Source: Octopus sinensis (lineage: Eukaryota). Taken from it: a DNA stretch of 64,000 bases. Each line of letters starts with the position of its first letter. The first letter of the stretch is position 1. The stretch is taken from positions 90,582,001-90,646,000 of the forward strand of contig NC_042998.1 in the NCBI RefSeq assembly GCF_006345805.1, in the 5' to 3' direction. Below the pieces are notes generated by a model that was not told the DNA's origin, searched no databases, and saw nothing but the letters and a program-made list of their open reading frames with translations. The translations under genes were made by a program, and so were the position numbers. Positions 1-15,510 of this stretch are shown piece after piece.

Positions 1-310
1 TTAGATTGAGTCACTTGAAAATTAAGTCATATACTACAAGTATGTTGAAGGAATAAATATTTAATCTTCTGGGAATCATTACAGCCAGTTTCATTTCAGT
101 TTCAATAGATGTACTTCACTAGAGTATTAAATGTAACTGGACTCAAAGAAACTTATCAAAACAACAAATATAGTAAATAGCAATGCTTCAACTGTTCTCA
201 TAACTTAGATGCAAGGATACCTCTTTATAATTATTCAACACTACTAGAAACAGCAGCCAAGTCTCCTCAAATCATTCTTAAATGTGATTCATTGAACAAT
301 GTAGTTACTT

Positions 311-692
311 ATCATCATCATTGTTTAACATCTGCTTTCCATGCTGGCATGGATTGGACAGTTTGACTCTGATGGCTGACTAGCCAGAAGGCTGCTCCAA
401 TCTGATCTGGCAAAGTTTCTATAGCTGGATGCCCTTCCTAACACCAACCACTCCGAGAGTGTAGTGAATGCTTTTTATGTACCACTGGCATGAGGGCCAG
501 TCAGGTGGTATTGGCATTAACTATGCTTGAATGGAGCTTCTTATGTGCCACCGGCATGGGAGCCAGTCGCGCGGCACTGGCAATGACCACACTAGAATGG
601 TGCTTTTAACATGTCACCAGCATGAGTACCAGTCAAGTGGCACTGGCAATAATCACACTCGAATGGTGCTTTTTACATACCACCAGCATGGA
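311..692 (-). mobile_element. RTE-type 3' UTR/tail fragment with ~66-bp internal tandem units
   Basis: Reverse complement of the tail seen at 18440-18605 (gtggttggtgttaggaagggcatccagct...catggaaagcagatgttaaacaatgatgatgat); repeat units at ~477, 543, 611, 677. Confidence 0.75.
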
Positions 693-2137
693 AGACAAAA
701 CTGTTTACATAGATAGATAATGAAATGAAATAATAAAGTAATTATAATCTGCGCTGAAAAAGAGGTTTTAGATGTGTGTTAGGTTGGAAAACAAGGTTGC
801 TTACTGATGTATGGAAAAATATCATGACAGGAATACACTTGCTCAATCAAGGCTGATCTAAGGTTAAATAACATTACTGGTATTCATTTAATTGGACTCT
901 TTAAGTATGAAATTCGTAACAGATCTCAGCAGGATTTGAACTTGGAATATTAGAAATGTAATTAATTACTGCATGTCATTTGGTCCAGTATTGAATGAAT
1001 TCAGTTACTTTACTAGCCTAAGAAGCATTGGCAATGGTAATAATAATTACTAAACTAAACCCTAAAGAGCTATCTGTAGATAAAAAACATCTACTTAAGA
1101 GGCTGTCTTCCTCCTTTTCAATTCATTTATTTTAGAGATCAGCTTTGTTTGTTTAGCTGCTAGTTGCTTGTTTAGCTACTAGTATGACTAACTTGCTTTA
1201 CTGCAATCAGTATAGTTTATTTTTGATTGTGACTTGGCTAGTTTCCTAGTAACCATTTTATTCAAGCACTCTTTATTTAAAACAGGCTTATTTTATTCTA
1301 AATGCTTGAAAGAGCAACTACAGAAGATGAGATAGTGTATGTCTCAAATTGTACTCGGTAATTAATCTGTATTTCAAGATCTTTTTACCAACCAATGACA
1401 ACGATGTTTAAAAAGAAACTCCTTTCACACAATGGTGTTGATTATTCTAGTTGCCTGAAGTCTTCACAGTAAAAAAAAAAAAAAATTACTCGAGGTTATT
1501 TTCTTTTTTGCTTTTTTTTTTTTTTTTTTTTTTTTACAGATACCAAATTAGAGGACTAAGAACAAAACTTGTCATTTTTGGGAATATCTAAAACTGAATA
1601 TTAAAATTTGATAGTGATAGCAGAGAAGTTTTACATTAAAGACATTAAGGTCATAATGAGGAGTATAAGAACAAAACATTTGAAGGCAGAATATTATGAG
1701 TGAAGTTAATTTACACCCCTGAGAAAATTATTTTGGTACTAGATTTGCTTCATTGTGGTAGTTATTATAAAGTAGGTATGTTAAAAAATTATTAATTATA
1801 GATGTTAGAAATCATTATAGGGTAGTTATGGTTATATTATTCAATAGTTGAGATAATAGCATAATAATTAATCCCTAGTCATTGAGTTAAATCTGGACCC
1901 AGCAAAGTTTTCTTTAGTTCAATGTAGTAAACTGTAAAATAGGACCAGGTGTAATAACTGTAGAAGACATTCAGCTACAATATAACTTTTTTGATTGTAT
2001 GAGTATGGAAATAGAAGCAGCATTTTTAGAAGTGTTGTTTGTGTGTGTCTGCATTTACACACTAACAATGGCATCTAGCCTTGCCTGTGATGGTGGAAAG
2101 GATATGTATATATACATATATAAAAATATGTATATTA

Positions 2138-2182
<45 letters not shown>

Positions 2183-2244
2183 GGTGCTCCAGCATGACCA
2201 CACCTGCATGGCGGAAACAAATAAAAGAGTAATACATACAGGTG

Positions 2245-2380
2245 CAGGCATGAGGTGGTAAGAACTTTGCTTCCAAGTCACATAATTCTGGGTTCAAACT
2301 CAGTGTGTGTCTTCTATACCTTTAGGCTAACCAAAACCTTAGTGGATTTGGTAGGCAGAAACTGAAAAAAATGCCTGTTG
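2245..2380 (+). mobile_element. tRNA-derived SINE (family A head + core)
   Basis: A-box-like gtggtaag, B-box-like ggttcaaactc, core gtggatttggtaggcagaaactgaa shared with 43608-43770 and 46040-46190. Confidence 0.6.
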
Positions 2381-2399
2381 AGTGCAAAATATACAAAAT

Positions 2400-5300
2400 A
2401 TGCATGTGTGTGTGTATGTATGTATGTGTATAAACGATGATGATGATGTATATATGCGTATATGTGTATATATGCGTATATGTATATATGCATATATGTA
2501 TATATGCGTATATGTATATATGTGTGTGTATATATATGTGTATATATGTGTATATATATGTGTGTGTATATATATGTGTGTGTATATATATGTGTGTGTG
2601 TATATATATGTGTGTGTGTATATATGTGTGTATATATATGTGTGTGTATATATATGTGTGTATATATATATGTGTGTATATATATATATATGTGTGTGTA
2701 TATATATGTGTGTGTATATATATGTGTGTATATATATATGTGTGTATATATATATATGTGTGTGTGTATATATATGTGTGTATATATATATATGTGTGTG
2801 TATATATATGTGTGTGTATATATGTGTGTATATATGTGTGTCTATATATGTGTGTATATATATGTGTGTATATATGTGTGTATATATGTGTGGTATATAT
2901 GTGTGGTATATATGTATATGTATGTATGTATATGTATGTATGTATATGTATGTATATATATGTATGTATGTATATATATGTATGTGTATGTATGTATATA
3001 TATGTATATGTATGTATATATATATGTATGTATATGTATATATATATGTATGTATATGTATATATATATGTATGTATGTATATGTATGTATATGTATATA
3101 TATATGTATGTATGTATGTATATGTATGTATGTATGTATATGTATGTATATGTATATATATATGTATATGTATGTATATGTATGTATATGTATATATATG
3201 TATATGTATATATATATGTATGTATATGTATATATATATGTATGTATATGTATATATATATGTATGTATATGTATATATATATGTATGTATATGTATATA
3301 TATATTTATGTATATATGTATGTATATGTATATATATATGTATGTATATGTATATATATATTTATGTATATGTATATATATGTATATATATGTATATGTA
3401 TGTATATGTATATATATATTATGTATATGTATGTATATATATATTATGTATGTATATATATATATATGTATGTATATGTATATATATATATATATATGTA
3501 TATGTATATATATATATATGTATGTATATGTAATATATATTATGTATATGTATGTATATATATATTATGTATATGTAATATATATATATGTATGTATATG
3601 TATATTATATATATATATGTATGTATATGTATAATATATATAATATATGTAGTATATGTATATATATGTATATGTATGTATATGTATATGTAGTATATAT
3701 AGTATATGTATATATATATGTATGTATAGTATATATATGATGTATGTTATGTATATATATATGTATGTATATATATATAGTATGTATATGTATATATATA
3801 TATGTATGTATGTATATATATATGTATGTATATGTATATATATATATGTATGTATATGTATATATATATGTATGTATATGTATATATATATGTATGTATA
3901 TGTATATATATATGTATGTATATGTATATATATATGCATGTATATGTATATATATATGCATGTATATGTATATATATATGTATGTATATGTATATATATA
4001 TGTATGTATATGTATATATATGTATGTATATGTATATATATGCATGTATATGTATATATATATGCATGTATATGTATATATATATGCATGTATATGTATA
4101 TATATATGCATGTATATGTATATATATGCATGTATATGTATATATATGCATGTATATGTATATATATGCATGTATATGTATATATATATGCATGCATATG
4201 TATATATATATGCATGCATATGTATATATATATGCATGTATATGTATATATGCATGTATATGTATATATGCATGTATATGTATATATGCATGTATATGTA
4301 TATATATATGCATGTGTATATGTATATATATGCATGTATATGTATATATATATGCATGTATATGTATATATATATGCATGTATATGTATATATATGCAGT
4401 ATATGTATATATATGTATGTATTATATATATAGCATGTATATGTATATATATATATGTATGTATGTAATATATATTGTATGTATATATATATGATGTATA
4501 TGTATATATATATATGTATGTATATAATATGCATGTATATGTATGTATATATATGTATGTATGTATATATATATGCATGTATATGTATATATATATGTAT
4601 GTATATATATATGTATGTATATATTATGTATGTATATATAATGATGTATATATGTATATATATTATGTATGTATATATATATGTTATATTATTATATTAT
4701 ATATGTATGTATATATATGCATGTATATGTATATATATGTATGTATATATATATATGTATATAATATATATATATATGTATGTATATATATATGTATGTA
4801 TATATATATGTATGGTATGTATATGTTATATATATGTATGATATATGTATGTATATGTTATATATATGTATGTATATGTATATATATAGTATGTATATGT
4901 ATATTATATATGTATGTATATGTATATATATATGTATATATATGTAGTATATGTATATAATATGTATGTATATGTATATATATATGTATGTATATGTAAT
5001 ATATATGTATGTATATGTATATATATGTATGTATATGTATATATATGTATGGTATATGTATATATATATGTATGTATATGTATATATATATGTATGTATA
5101 TGTATATATATGTATGTATATGTATATATATATGTATGTATATGTATATATATATGTATGTATATGTATATATATATGTATGTATATGTATATATATGTA
5201 TGTATATGTATATATATATGTATGTATATGTATATATATATGTATGTATATGTATATATATATGTATGTATATGTATATATATATGTATGTATATGTATA

Positions 5301-5591
5301 TATATATGTATGTATATGTATATATATATATGTATGTATATGTATATATATATGTATGTATATGTATATATATATGTATGTATATGTGTATGTATATGTA
5401 TGTATATGTGTATGTATATGTATGTATATGTGTATGTATATGTATATATATGTATGTATATGTATATATATGTATGTATATATATATATGTATGTATATG
5501 ATATATATGTATGTATATGTATGTATATATGTATATATATGTATGTATATATATATATATGTATGTATATATATATATATGTATGTATATG

Positions 5592-5624
<33 letters not shown>

Positions 5625-5959
5625 GTATGTATATGTATATATATGTATGTATATGTATATATATGTATGTATATGTATATATATGTATGTATATGTATAT
5701 ATATGTATGTATATGTATATATATGTATGTATATGTATATATATGTATGTATATGTATATATGTATGTATATGTATATGTATATATGTGTATGTATATGT
5801 ATATATATATATGTATGTATATGTATATATATATATGTATGTATATGTATATATATATATGTATGTATATGTATATATATATATGTATGTATATGTATAT
5901 ATATATATGTATGTATATGTATATATATATATGTATGTATATGTATATATATATGTATG

Positions 5960-5999
<40 letters not shown>

Positions 6000-6087
6000 T
6001 TATGTATGTATATGTATGTATGTATATATATATGATGTATATATATATGTATGTATATATATATGTATGTATATATATATGTATGTA

Positions 6088-6123
<36 letters not shown>

Positions 6124-7077
6124 TGTATATTAGTGTATATATATGTATGTATATGCATGTATGTATGTATATATATATGTATGTATGTATGTATGTATAT
6201 ATGTATGTATATATGTATGTATATATGTATGTATATATGTATGTATGTATATATGTATGTATATGTATATATATGTATGTATATGCGTATGTATGTATAT
6301 GTATGTATATGTATGTATATGTGTATGTATGTATATGTGTATGTATGTATGTATGTATGTGTATGTGTGTATATGTATGTGTGTATATATATGTGTGTAT
6401 ATGTATGTGTGTATATATATGTGTGTATATATATGTGTGTATATGTATATGTGTATATGTATATGTGTGTATATGTATATGTGTATATGTATATGTGTGT
6501 ATATGTATATGTGTGTATATGTATATGTGTGTATATGTATATGTGTGTATATGTATATGTGTGTATATGTATGTGTGTATATGTATATGTGTGTATATGT
6601 ATATGTGTGTATATATATATATGTGTGTATATATATATATGTGTGTATATATATATATATGTGTGTATATATATATATATGTGTGTATATATATATATAT
6701 ATGTGTGTATATATATGTGTATATGTATATATGTGTATATGTATATATGTGTATATGTATATATATGTATATATATGTATATATGTGTGTATATGTATAT
6801 ATGTGTATATATATGTATATATGTGTGTATATGTATATATGTGTATATATATGTATGTGTATGTATATGTATGTATATGTATATATATGTGTATATGTAT
6901 GTATATGTGTATATGTATGTATATGTGTATATGTATGTATATGTGTATATGTATATATATGTGTATATGTGTGTATATGTGTATATATATATATATGTGT
7001 ATATATATGTGTATATATATGTATATATATATGTATATATATGTATATATGTAATATATATAGTATATGTGTATATA

Positions 7078-7114
<37 letters not shown>

Positions 7115-7202
7115 GTGTATATATATGTATTATATATATATATATATGTATATGTGTATATATATGTTATATATTCTATATATTATATGATATGTGTATT
7201 TA

Positions 7203-7239
<37 letters not shown>

Positions 7240-7472
7240 AGTGTATATATATGTATATATATATATATATATATGTATATGTGTATATTATGTATATATA
7301 TATATATTATATGTATATGTGTATATATATGTATATATATATATATATATGTATATGTGTAATATAGATATATATATATATATATGTATTATGTGTATAT
7401 ATGTATATATATATATATATGTATATGTGTGTATATATATATTGTATATATATATGTATATGCGTATATACA
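2400..7472. repeat. Compound microsatellite array (TA, TG, TATG, TATATG, local TATATGCATG), ~5 kb
   Basis: Seen directly; explains the YICV/MYIY pseudo-ORFs. Confidence 0.98.
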
Positions 7473-9343
7473 TGATTGATTGATTGATTCTAGTTTCAGC
7501 TTATGAGCTGTGGCCATGCTGGGGCACCGCCATTTGGTGTTGCTACTTGGTTTCACTTCATGGAGGCTTTCTAGCAACTGCTATTTGGTGTATGAGAGAG
7601 TTCGATGCAGCTGCCCTCATCTGCCCCTCCTGCCGTGAAGTTGGTTCATCTGGGACATCTGACAGGAAGAGATCCAGCTCCATTTTAAAGACATCTGTAT
7701 CCACCCCATGCAGGTCTCTCAGGTTCTTCGGGAGGATATTGAAGAGCTGTGGGCCTCGGAAGCCCAGGCTATCACAGAATCTTGTCCTACATCTTGATGG
7801 CAAGTTTGGAGTCCTAGGCTCCACGCAGTGGCGCCCAGTTCTGGCATTTGCGTTACTCTCGATGCCAAAGTTCAGGACACTTCCCTCCAGGATCTTCCAG
7901 ATGTATATTATGGCATATCTTTCCTGCCTACGCTCCAGGGAATATAATTTTAATCTCTTGAGTCTTTCCCAGTAGCTTACATTCTGCATAGAGGCTATCT
8001 TCTTCGTGTAGCTTCGTTGGATCGCCTCAAGTTCTGTGATCAACTTGACACTGGATGGTGACCATAGCTGAGAGCAATAGTCAAAGTGGCTTAGGACAAG
8101 TGTCTTCCAGAGGACCATCATGGTTTCTTGTTCTCTTGTTCTAAAGGTTCTAAGAATCCATCCAGCCAGCCGTCTGCATTTCATTGTCAGTTTAGCAACA
8201 TGTACATGAAAGGTCGCGTCATCACTCATGTGAATACCCAGGTCACGCACTGATTGTGCCTCTGGGATTGCAATCCCTCCGGGTCCAGTGTATTCCTGGG
8301 GTATTGCATTCAGTTTTGCATGCTGATAGTATAAAACTTGAAACTTTTCAGCATTGAACTGCATGCTATTCTTTTCAGCCCTTGTATATTTCGTCCAGTC
8401 ATATTGCAGGTGCCTAGTGTCTTCAGGGTTCTGTATTGCCTGTGAAACTTTTGTATCATCTGCATAACTTGTGATCGTGGCTCTCCGCGTGGCTGAGGGC
8501 ATGTCTGAGAGGGCCATTATGAACAGTAGTGGTCCCAAACAGTGCCCTGTGGAACACCGCTCACTATTTGCGTGCTAATGGAAGTGGCCCCATTGGCTAC
8601 TACCACCTGACTTCTATTCTTCAGAAAGTCGTGAAGCCATTCTCCTAGTTTTCCAACTATGCCAAGGTCACGCAGTTTGTGACATATCATTCCATGATCG
8701 ACTTTATCGAAGGCCTTTGCGAAGTCGAGATATATGACTTCCACATTGAGTGGTTGAGCAGTTGTTTCAGCAGCACCCAGTCATAGTGCTGCAGGAGCTG
8801 AGTTAAGCAGCTTCTTCCTGGTCGGAAACCATGTTGGGTGTCAGGCAGCAAGTTTTTCTTCAAGGAGGTGATTAGTTTCCTTCTGACTATTCGTTCCATG
8901 ACCTTGCTGATGTGTGAGGTCAGAGATAGGTCTGTAGTTCTTGGCCTCCGCTCTGCTACCTCCTTTATGAATAGGGCATATTTTACCTTCCTTCAGTTTT
9001 CTTGGAAGTTTGCCAGCTGCAAGGAAGCTCTGAAAGAGGAACTGCAGTGGTCTTGCTAAGACTCTCTTACATACTTTTAGAGGATTGCCGGGAATCCATC
9101 GGGGCCAATAGCTGAGTCTGTTTTCATTTCATCTATAGCCTTATTACATCGTCTTCCTTTATATCGATGTAATTTATCGTCGCCGCCTCTGATTCTATAT
9201 CTGCAGTGGTAAAGAAGTCAGTTGGATTGCTGATTTGGAAATGCCCAAGGGGTGGAGTGAAAACACTCTTGAATTGTTCATTCAGTATTTCACTTACCCT
9301 CATTGGTTTTACTGTGAGTGTGCCATCCTTTTCAAGGAGTGGC
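7473..9343 (-). mobile_element. 5'-truncated CR1-group (CR1/L2) non-LTR retrotransposon, RT domain and 3' end, frameshifted
   Basis: Minus-strand peptides RPISLTSHISKVMERIV, QHGFRPGRSCLTQLL, YLDFAKAFDKVDH, GVPQGTVLGPLLF, SYADDTKV, YWERLKRLKLYSLERR; short 3' UTR and (ATCA)n tail at 7473-7489. Confidence 0.93.
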
Positions 9344-12300
9344 ATATATGTATATATATATATGTATATGTGTATATATATGTATATATATATATATATA
9401 TATATGTATATGTGTATATATATGTATATATATATATATATGTATATGTATATGTGTATATATATGTATATATATATATATATATGTATATGTGTATATA
9501 TATGTATATATATATATATATATATAATGTATATGTGTATATATATGTATATATATATATATATATATATGTATATGTGTATGTTATGTGTATATTATGT
9601 ATATATATATGTATATGTGTATATATGTGTATATATATGTATATATATATGTATATGTGTATATATATGTATATATATATATTATATATATGTATATGTA
9701 TATATATATGTATATGTATATATATATAGTATATGTGTATATATAGATATATATATATGTATATATATGTATATATTATATGTATAATGTGTATATATAG
9801 TATATATGTGTATATATATGTATATATATATATTATATTATGTATATGTGATATATATATGTATATATTATATATATATATATATATTGTATGTATATGT
9901 ATATATATTATATATATGTATATGGTATATAATATATATATGTGTATATATATGGTGTATATATGTGTGTATATATATGTGTTATATAATATATATGTAT
10001 ATGTGTATATATATAAGGTGTGTATATATGTGTATTAATATATATATGTATATGTGGTATATGTGTATATATATGTATATATAATATGTGTATATGTGTA
10101 TATTGTTATATGTGTATATATATATATATATGTGTGTATATGTGTATATATGTGTATATATAATATATATATATATGTGTATATTGTATATATATGTATA
10201 TATTATAGATATGTGTATGTGTATATATATGTATATATATATATGTGTATATATATGTATGTATATGTGTATATATATGTATATATATATTTTATATATA
10301 TGTGTATATATGTGTGTATATATATATGTTATATATATGTGTATATATATATGTGTATATTATATATGTGTATATATATATATGTGTAATATATATATGT
10401 ATATGTGTATGTATATATTATATATGTGTATATATATATGTAATGTTTATTATATATATATATGTGTATATATATAATGTATATGTGTAATATATATATG
10501 TATATGTGTATATATATATATGTATATGTGTGTATATATATATATGTATATGTGTATATATATATATATGTTATGTGTATATATATGTGTTATATATATA
10601 TTATATGTGTAATATATTATATTGTATATGTGTATATATATGTGTATATATATATATGTCATGTGTATATTGTATATATATATATATATTGTATATAGTG
10701 TATATTATATATATGATATATCTATATATATGTATATATTATATATATATATATATGTGTATATATATGTATATATATCATATAATTAAGGGCTAAAGAG
10801 GTTATTCTAAAGCCAAATACACTGTTTTATCCCTTTAATATATTATATATATATATATATATTATGTGTATATATATGTATATAATATATATGTATGTAT
10901 ATATATATGTTATAGTGTGTATATATATGTATATGTGTATATATATGTATATATGTATATATATGTATATATATGTATTATATATATGTATATATGTATA
11001 TATATAATGTATATATGTATGTTATAATATGTATATATATATAATGTGTATATATGTATATATATATATATAATGTATATGTGTATATATAATATATGTG
11101 TATATATGTATATGTGTATATATGTGTATATATATATGTATATGTGTATATATATGTATATATATATGTATATGTGTATAATAATGTATATATATATATA
11201 TATGTATATGTGTATATATATGTATATATATATATATACTGTATATGTGTATATATATATTATATATATATATGTATATGTGTATATATATGTATATATA
11301 TTATATATATGTATATGTGTATAATATGTATATATATGTATATGTGTATAATATGTAATATATGTGTATATATATGTATATTATATATATATATGTATAT
11401 GTATATATATATGTATATATATGTATATGTGTTATATATATGTATATATTGTATATATATGTATATATATATATTATATATGTATATATTATATATTTTT
11501 TGTGTATATATTATGTTATGTGGTATATATATGTATATATATGTATATGTGTATATATAGGTATATATATATATATGTATATGTTGTATATATGGTAGAT
11601 ATATATATATGTATATTGTATATATATGTATATATATATATATGTATATGTGTATATATATGTATATATAACTATATGTATATGTGTATATATATGTATA
11701 TATATCTATATATATGTATATGTGTATATATATGTATATATATATAGTATATTGTATATATATGTATATATATATATATGTATATGTGTATATATATATG
11801 TATATATATATGTTATGTGTATATATATTATATATATATGTATAGTGTATATATGTGTTATATATGTTGTATATGTGTATATATATGTGTATAGTGTATA
11901 TATATGTATTATGTGTATATATGTTATATATATGTATATAATGTGATTATATATGTATATATATATATGTATATTGTATATATATATATATGTATATATG
12001 TGTATATATATGTATATATGTGATATTATATGTATATATGTATATATGTGTATATATATATGTATATTATATTTGTATATATATGTATATATATATATGT
12101 GTATAATATTGTATATATATATATTGTATATATATGTATATATATATATATGTATATATATATATGTTATATAATATATATGTATATGTTATATATATAT
12201 ATTGTATATATATGTGTATATATATATATGTATATTGTATATATATATATGTAGATGTGTATATATGTGTATATATGTGTAATATAATGTGTATATATAT

Positions 12301-13282
12301 GTATATGTGTATATATATGTGTATATGTGATTATATGTGTATATATATGTATATGTGTATTATATATATATATATATATGTATGTGTATATATATATATA
12401 TATTATTATGTATATGTGTATATATATATATATATGTATATGTGTAATATATATATATATATATGTATATGTGTATATATATATATATATGTATATGTGT
12501 ATATATATATATATATGTATATGTGTATATATGTGTATATATATGTATATGTGTGTATATGTGTATATATATGTATATGTGTATATATATGTATATGTGT
12601 ATATATGTGTATATATATATATATGTATATGTGTATATATGTGTATATATATATATGTGTATATATATATATGTGTATATATATATATATGTGTATATAT
12701 ATATATATGTATATGTTATATTATGTATATGTTATATATGTATATGTATATGTGTATATATATGTATTGTGTATATATATGTAGTGTATATATGTGTATA
12801 TATATGTATATGTGTATATTATGTATATAATATATATAATGTGTTTATATATGTATGTGTATATATATATGTATATGTGTATATATATGTATAGTGTATA
12901 TATATGTATATATTATATGTATATGTTATATATATATGTATATGTGTATATATATGTATATGTGTATATGTATATGTGTATATTATTATATGTGTATATA
13001 TGTTATGTGTATATATGGTATATATATATGTATATGTGTATATGATATGTGTATATATATATGTATATGTGTATATCTATGTATAGTAGTGTATATATAT
13101 GTATATGTATATGTGTATATATATGTATATGTATATGTGTATATATATGTATATGTATATGTGTATATATATGTATATGTGTATATATATATGTATATAT
13201 ATATATATATATGTATATGTGTATATATATATGTATATGTGTATATATATGTATATATATATATATATATTATATGTATATA
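9344..13282. repeat. Compound microsatellite array (TA / TATGTG), ~3.9 kb
   Basis: Seen directly. Confidence 0.98.
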
Positions 13283-14241
13283 CAGTAAAAGCAATTAAGA
13301 TTCAAGTGAGTTCTATTGAATTCACTTGAATGCGGTACTTAACTTAGATGCACCAGAAAACTATATGGTATTAACCATAAAATAATGTGGTGTGATTATA
13401 AACAAGAAAAAAGCAACAAGAATGGATAATTTTTTCAGTACAATTGTTTCATACGAAGACCAGCTTTATTAAAACCTGCAAATATTGCAGCAAATACAAG
13501 TGTCGCGTACTCATCAGCCAAAACACTTTTGAGTTCTCCAAGCATCCTAGTGGGTGAGGCTACCTTCATGAAGTATCGAAGATAGTTCTATAAAAAGCAA
13601 ATTTAGATTTTAAGCAGACTTCTAAAGTTCTCTAATGATGCACAGTCTTATAACAGGCTTTAAAAAAGTTTGTTAGCTTCACAGAAAAGGTGAATCCATC
13701 CATAATGTAGGTGCAATTACTGGAGATATGAAGAGATATTTCATACTCACAGACGATGAATCCCTCCATGATTAATCCATAATAAGATGGGTATAATTTC
13801 CTGATAAGATACTTGTCACACCTCTGTTCATTTCACAAAACTGCTATGTTAGAATTATAATGGCTGAAGGAATTATGTGGAACATAGAAAAACTGCCCAC
13901 ATAGAGCATTCTGGGATAACTGAGAGGGAAGGGGTTGCAGGTACCCACCTACACAGAAAGGTCTCTTTCTGTGGAGACAGACAGTCTGGCTTAGAATTTG
14001 CAGGAATCTAAGATTTATAAAGGAGAACATTACTTTTGACCAGTATACAGCTGCTAATTGCCAATCCCACAGAGCTAAAGCAGATATAAGAATCTAAAGA
14101 GAACAAGGGAAGGGATAAAGGGGTCAAAGGCTATCACTAGAGGAAAATACATTAAGAGATTCAAGTGCAATACTAGAAAGGAGGTCATATAATTTATTTA
14201 TTTCTGTTACTATTTATACAATGACAGACTGTAGGTCTATA

Positions 14242-15510
14242 CGAGGGGCGTTCAATAAGTAATGCCCCTGACCCACTTCCCATAGCAGTAGAGGAACGAA
14301 ACTTGGCACAGTTATTAGTCTTTTCCTGCATAGGAAGCACCCAGAGTTACGCATTTCTCCCATCGTTTGATGCAGCTCTGAAGACCGTTTTTGTAGAAGA
14401 CCCCAGCTTGGTCCTCCAACCACAACGTGACTTCAGAAATCAAGGCTGCATCACCTGGGAAACGTTTTCCTTTCAAAAACAACTTCATGGCTGGGAAGAG
14501 GTGAAAATCAGAGGGTGCAAGGTCAAGAGAGTAGGGGGATGGGGGAGGAGTTCATAGCCGCACGCCTGTGTTTCTGATCTGGCGACACGCGAGTTGTGGA
14601 CCGGAGCGTTGTCCTGCAGGAGGAGGATGCATTTGCTGATCTTGCCCAGCCTCTTGATTTTGATAGCTTCTCTTAATTTCCTCAAAAATGAAGCATAATA
14701 GGCTCCTGTAATTGTGGTACACTTTGCCAGGAAATCTGTCATCACTACTCCATCCTGGTCCCAGAAGACTGTGAGTATGTCCTTGCCTTCTTTGGAGGAG
14801 GTGAGTCACGGTGCTTCCCTTGCATTGACTGGGCTTTGGTCTCTGGATCATAGTGATGGACCCAGATTTCATCCTGTGCAATCAGTCTTTTGAAAAACTT
14901 TGACTCATCTTCTTGGCACATCTCCAAATTCATCCTCGAGCACTCGACGCGTTCTTGCTTCTGAAAAGGTGTGAACAACCTGGGAATCCATCTGGAAGAC
15001 AACCTTTGCATATGCAAAGGGTCATGAATGATAGTTTCCACAGACCCGGTACTAATCTTGACCTAATGGGCTATTTGGCGAATAGTTATGTGCCAATCTT
15101 CCAAAATGGCAGCCTCAACTTGACGGACAGATGCCTCATCAATGGCAGAAGGGGGCGACCAGATCTGGGAGCCTTTTCCACAGAGTTCCGACCATGTTTG
15201 AATTCACGATACCAGCGTTTTACAAGGTCATATGATGGGGCATCATCACCATAAGTTACTTTCATTTCATCAAAAGTCTCCCATGGTGTGCGTCCTTTCA
15301 AATACAAAAAACGGATCACTGCTCGACACTCTAAAGGCTCCATTTCACACTTAACTAAGTTCAAACACCTGGAAATCAGAAACCACAATTAGTTCAGAGC
15401 TGTAATTCACCATGTAATCTATAGAGATATGAATAATTGCACATGCAAAATTTCAGCAAGATCAATCAACTGCAAGTGGGTCAGGAGCATTACTTATTGA
15501 ACGTCCCTCG
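14242..15510 (-). mobile_element. Full-length mariner (DD34D, irritans-like) DNA transposon, 1269 bp
   Basis: 37-bp TIRs with 2 mismatches (cgaggggcgttcaataagtaatgcccctgacccactt vs reverse complement of right end), TA at 14240-14241 and 15511-15512, transposase motifs inside. Confidence 0.96.
14315..15343 (-). pseudogene. Mariner transposase, frameshifted
   Basis: MEPLECRAVIRFLYLKG, RSGRP, WIPRLF, QDEIWVHHYDPETK, LQDNAPVH, HPP-YSLDLAPSDFHLF, RWEKCV pieced across frames; ATG 15343, TAA 14315-14317. Confidence 0.9.

Noticed and set aside
1510-1620. Very strong splice acceptor (poly-T + ACAG at 1538-1539) as a missing upstream ABCA2 exon
   Set aside because: All three frames hit stops within ~50 nt and there is no ABCA2 similarity or clear donor.
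2382-13329. Dozens of long ORFs (up to 803 aa) of Y/I/C/V/M residues
   Set aside because: Translations of TA/TG/TATG microsatellites that lack stops in several frames; open on both strands, with no protein-like complexity.
13430-14030. Possible degenerate coding relic
   Set aside because: Multiple stops in all frames and no motif I can assign confidently.
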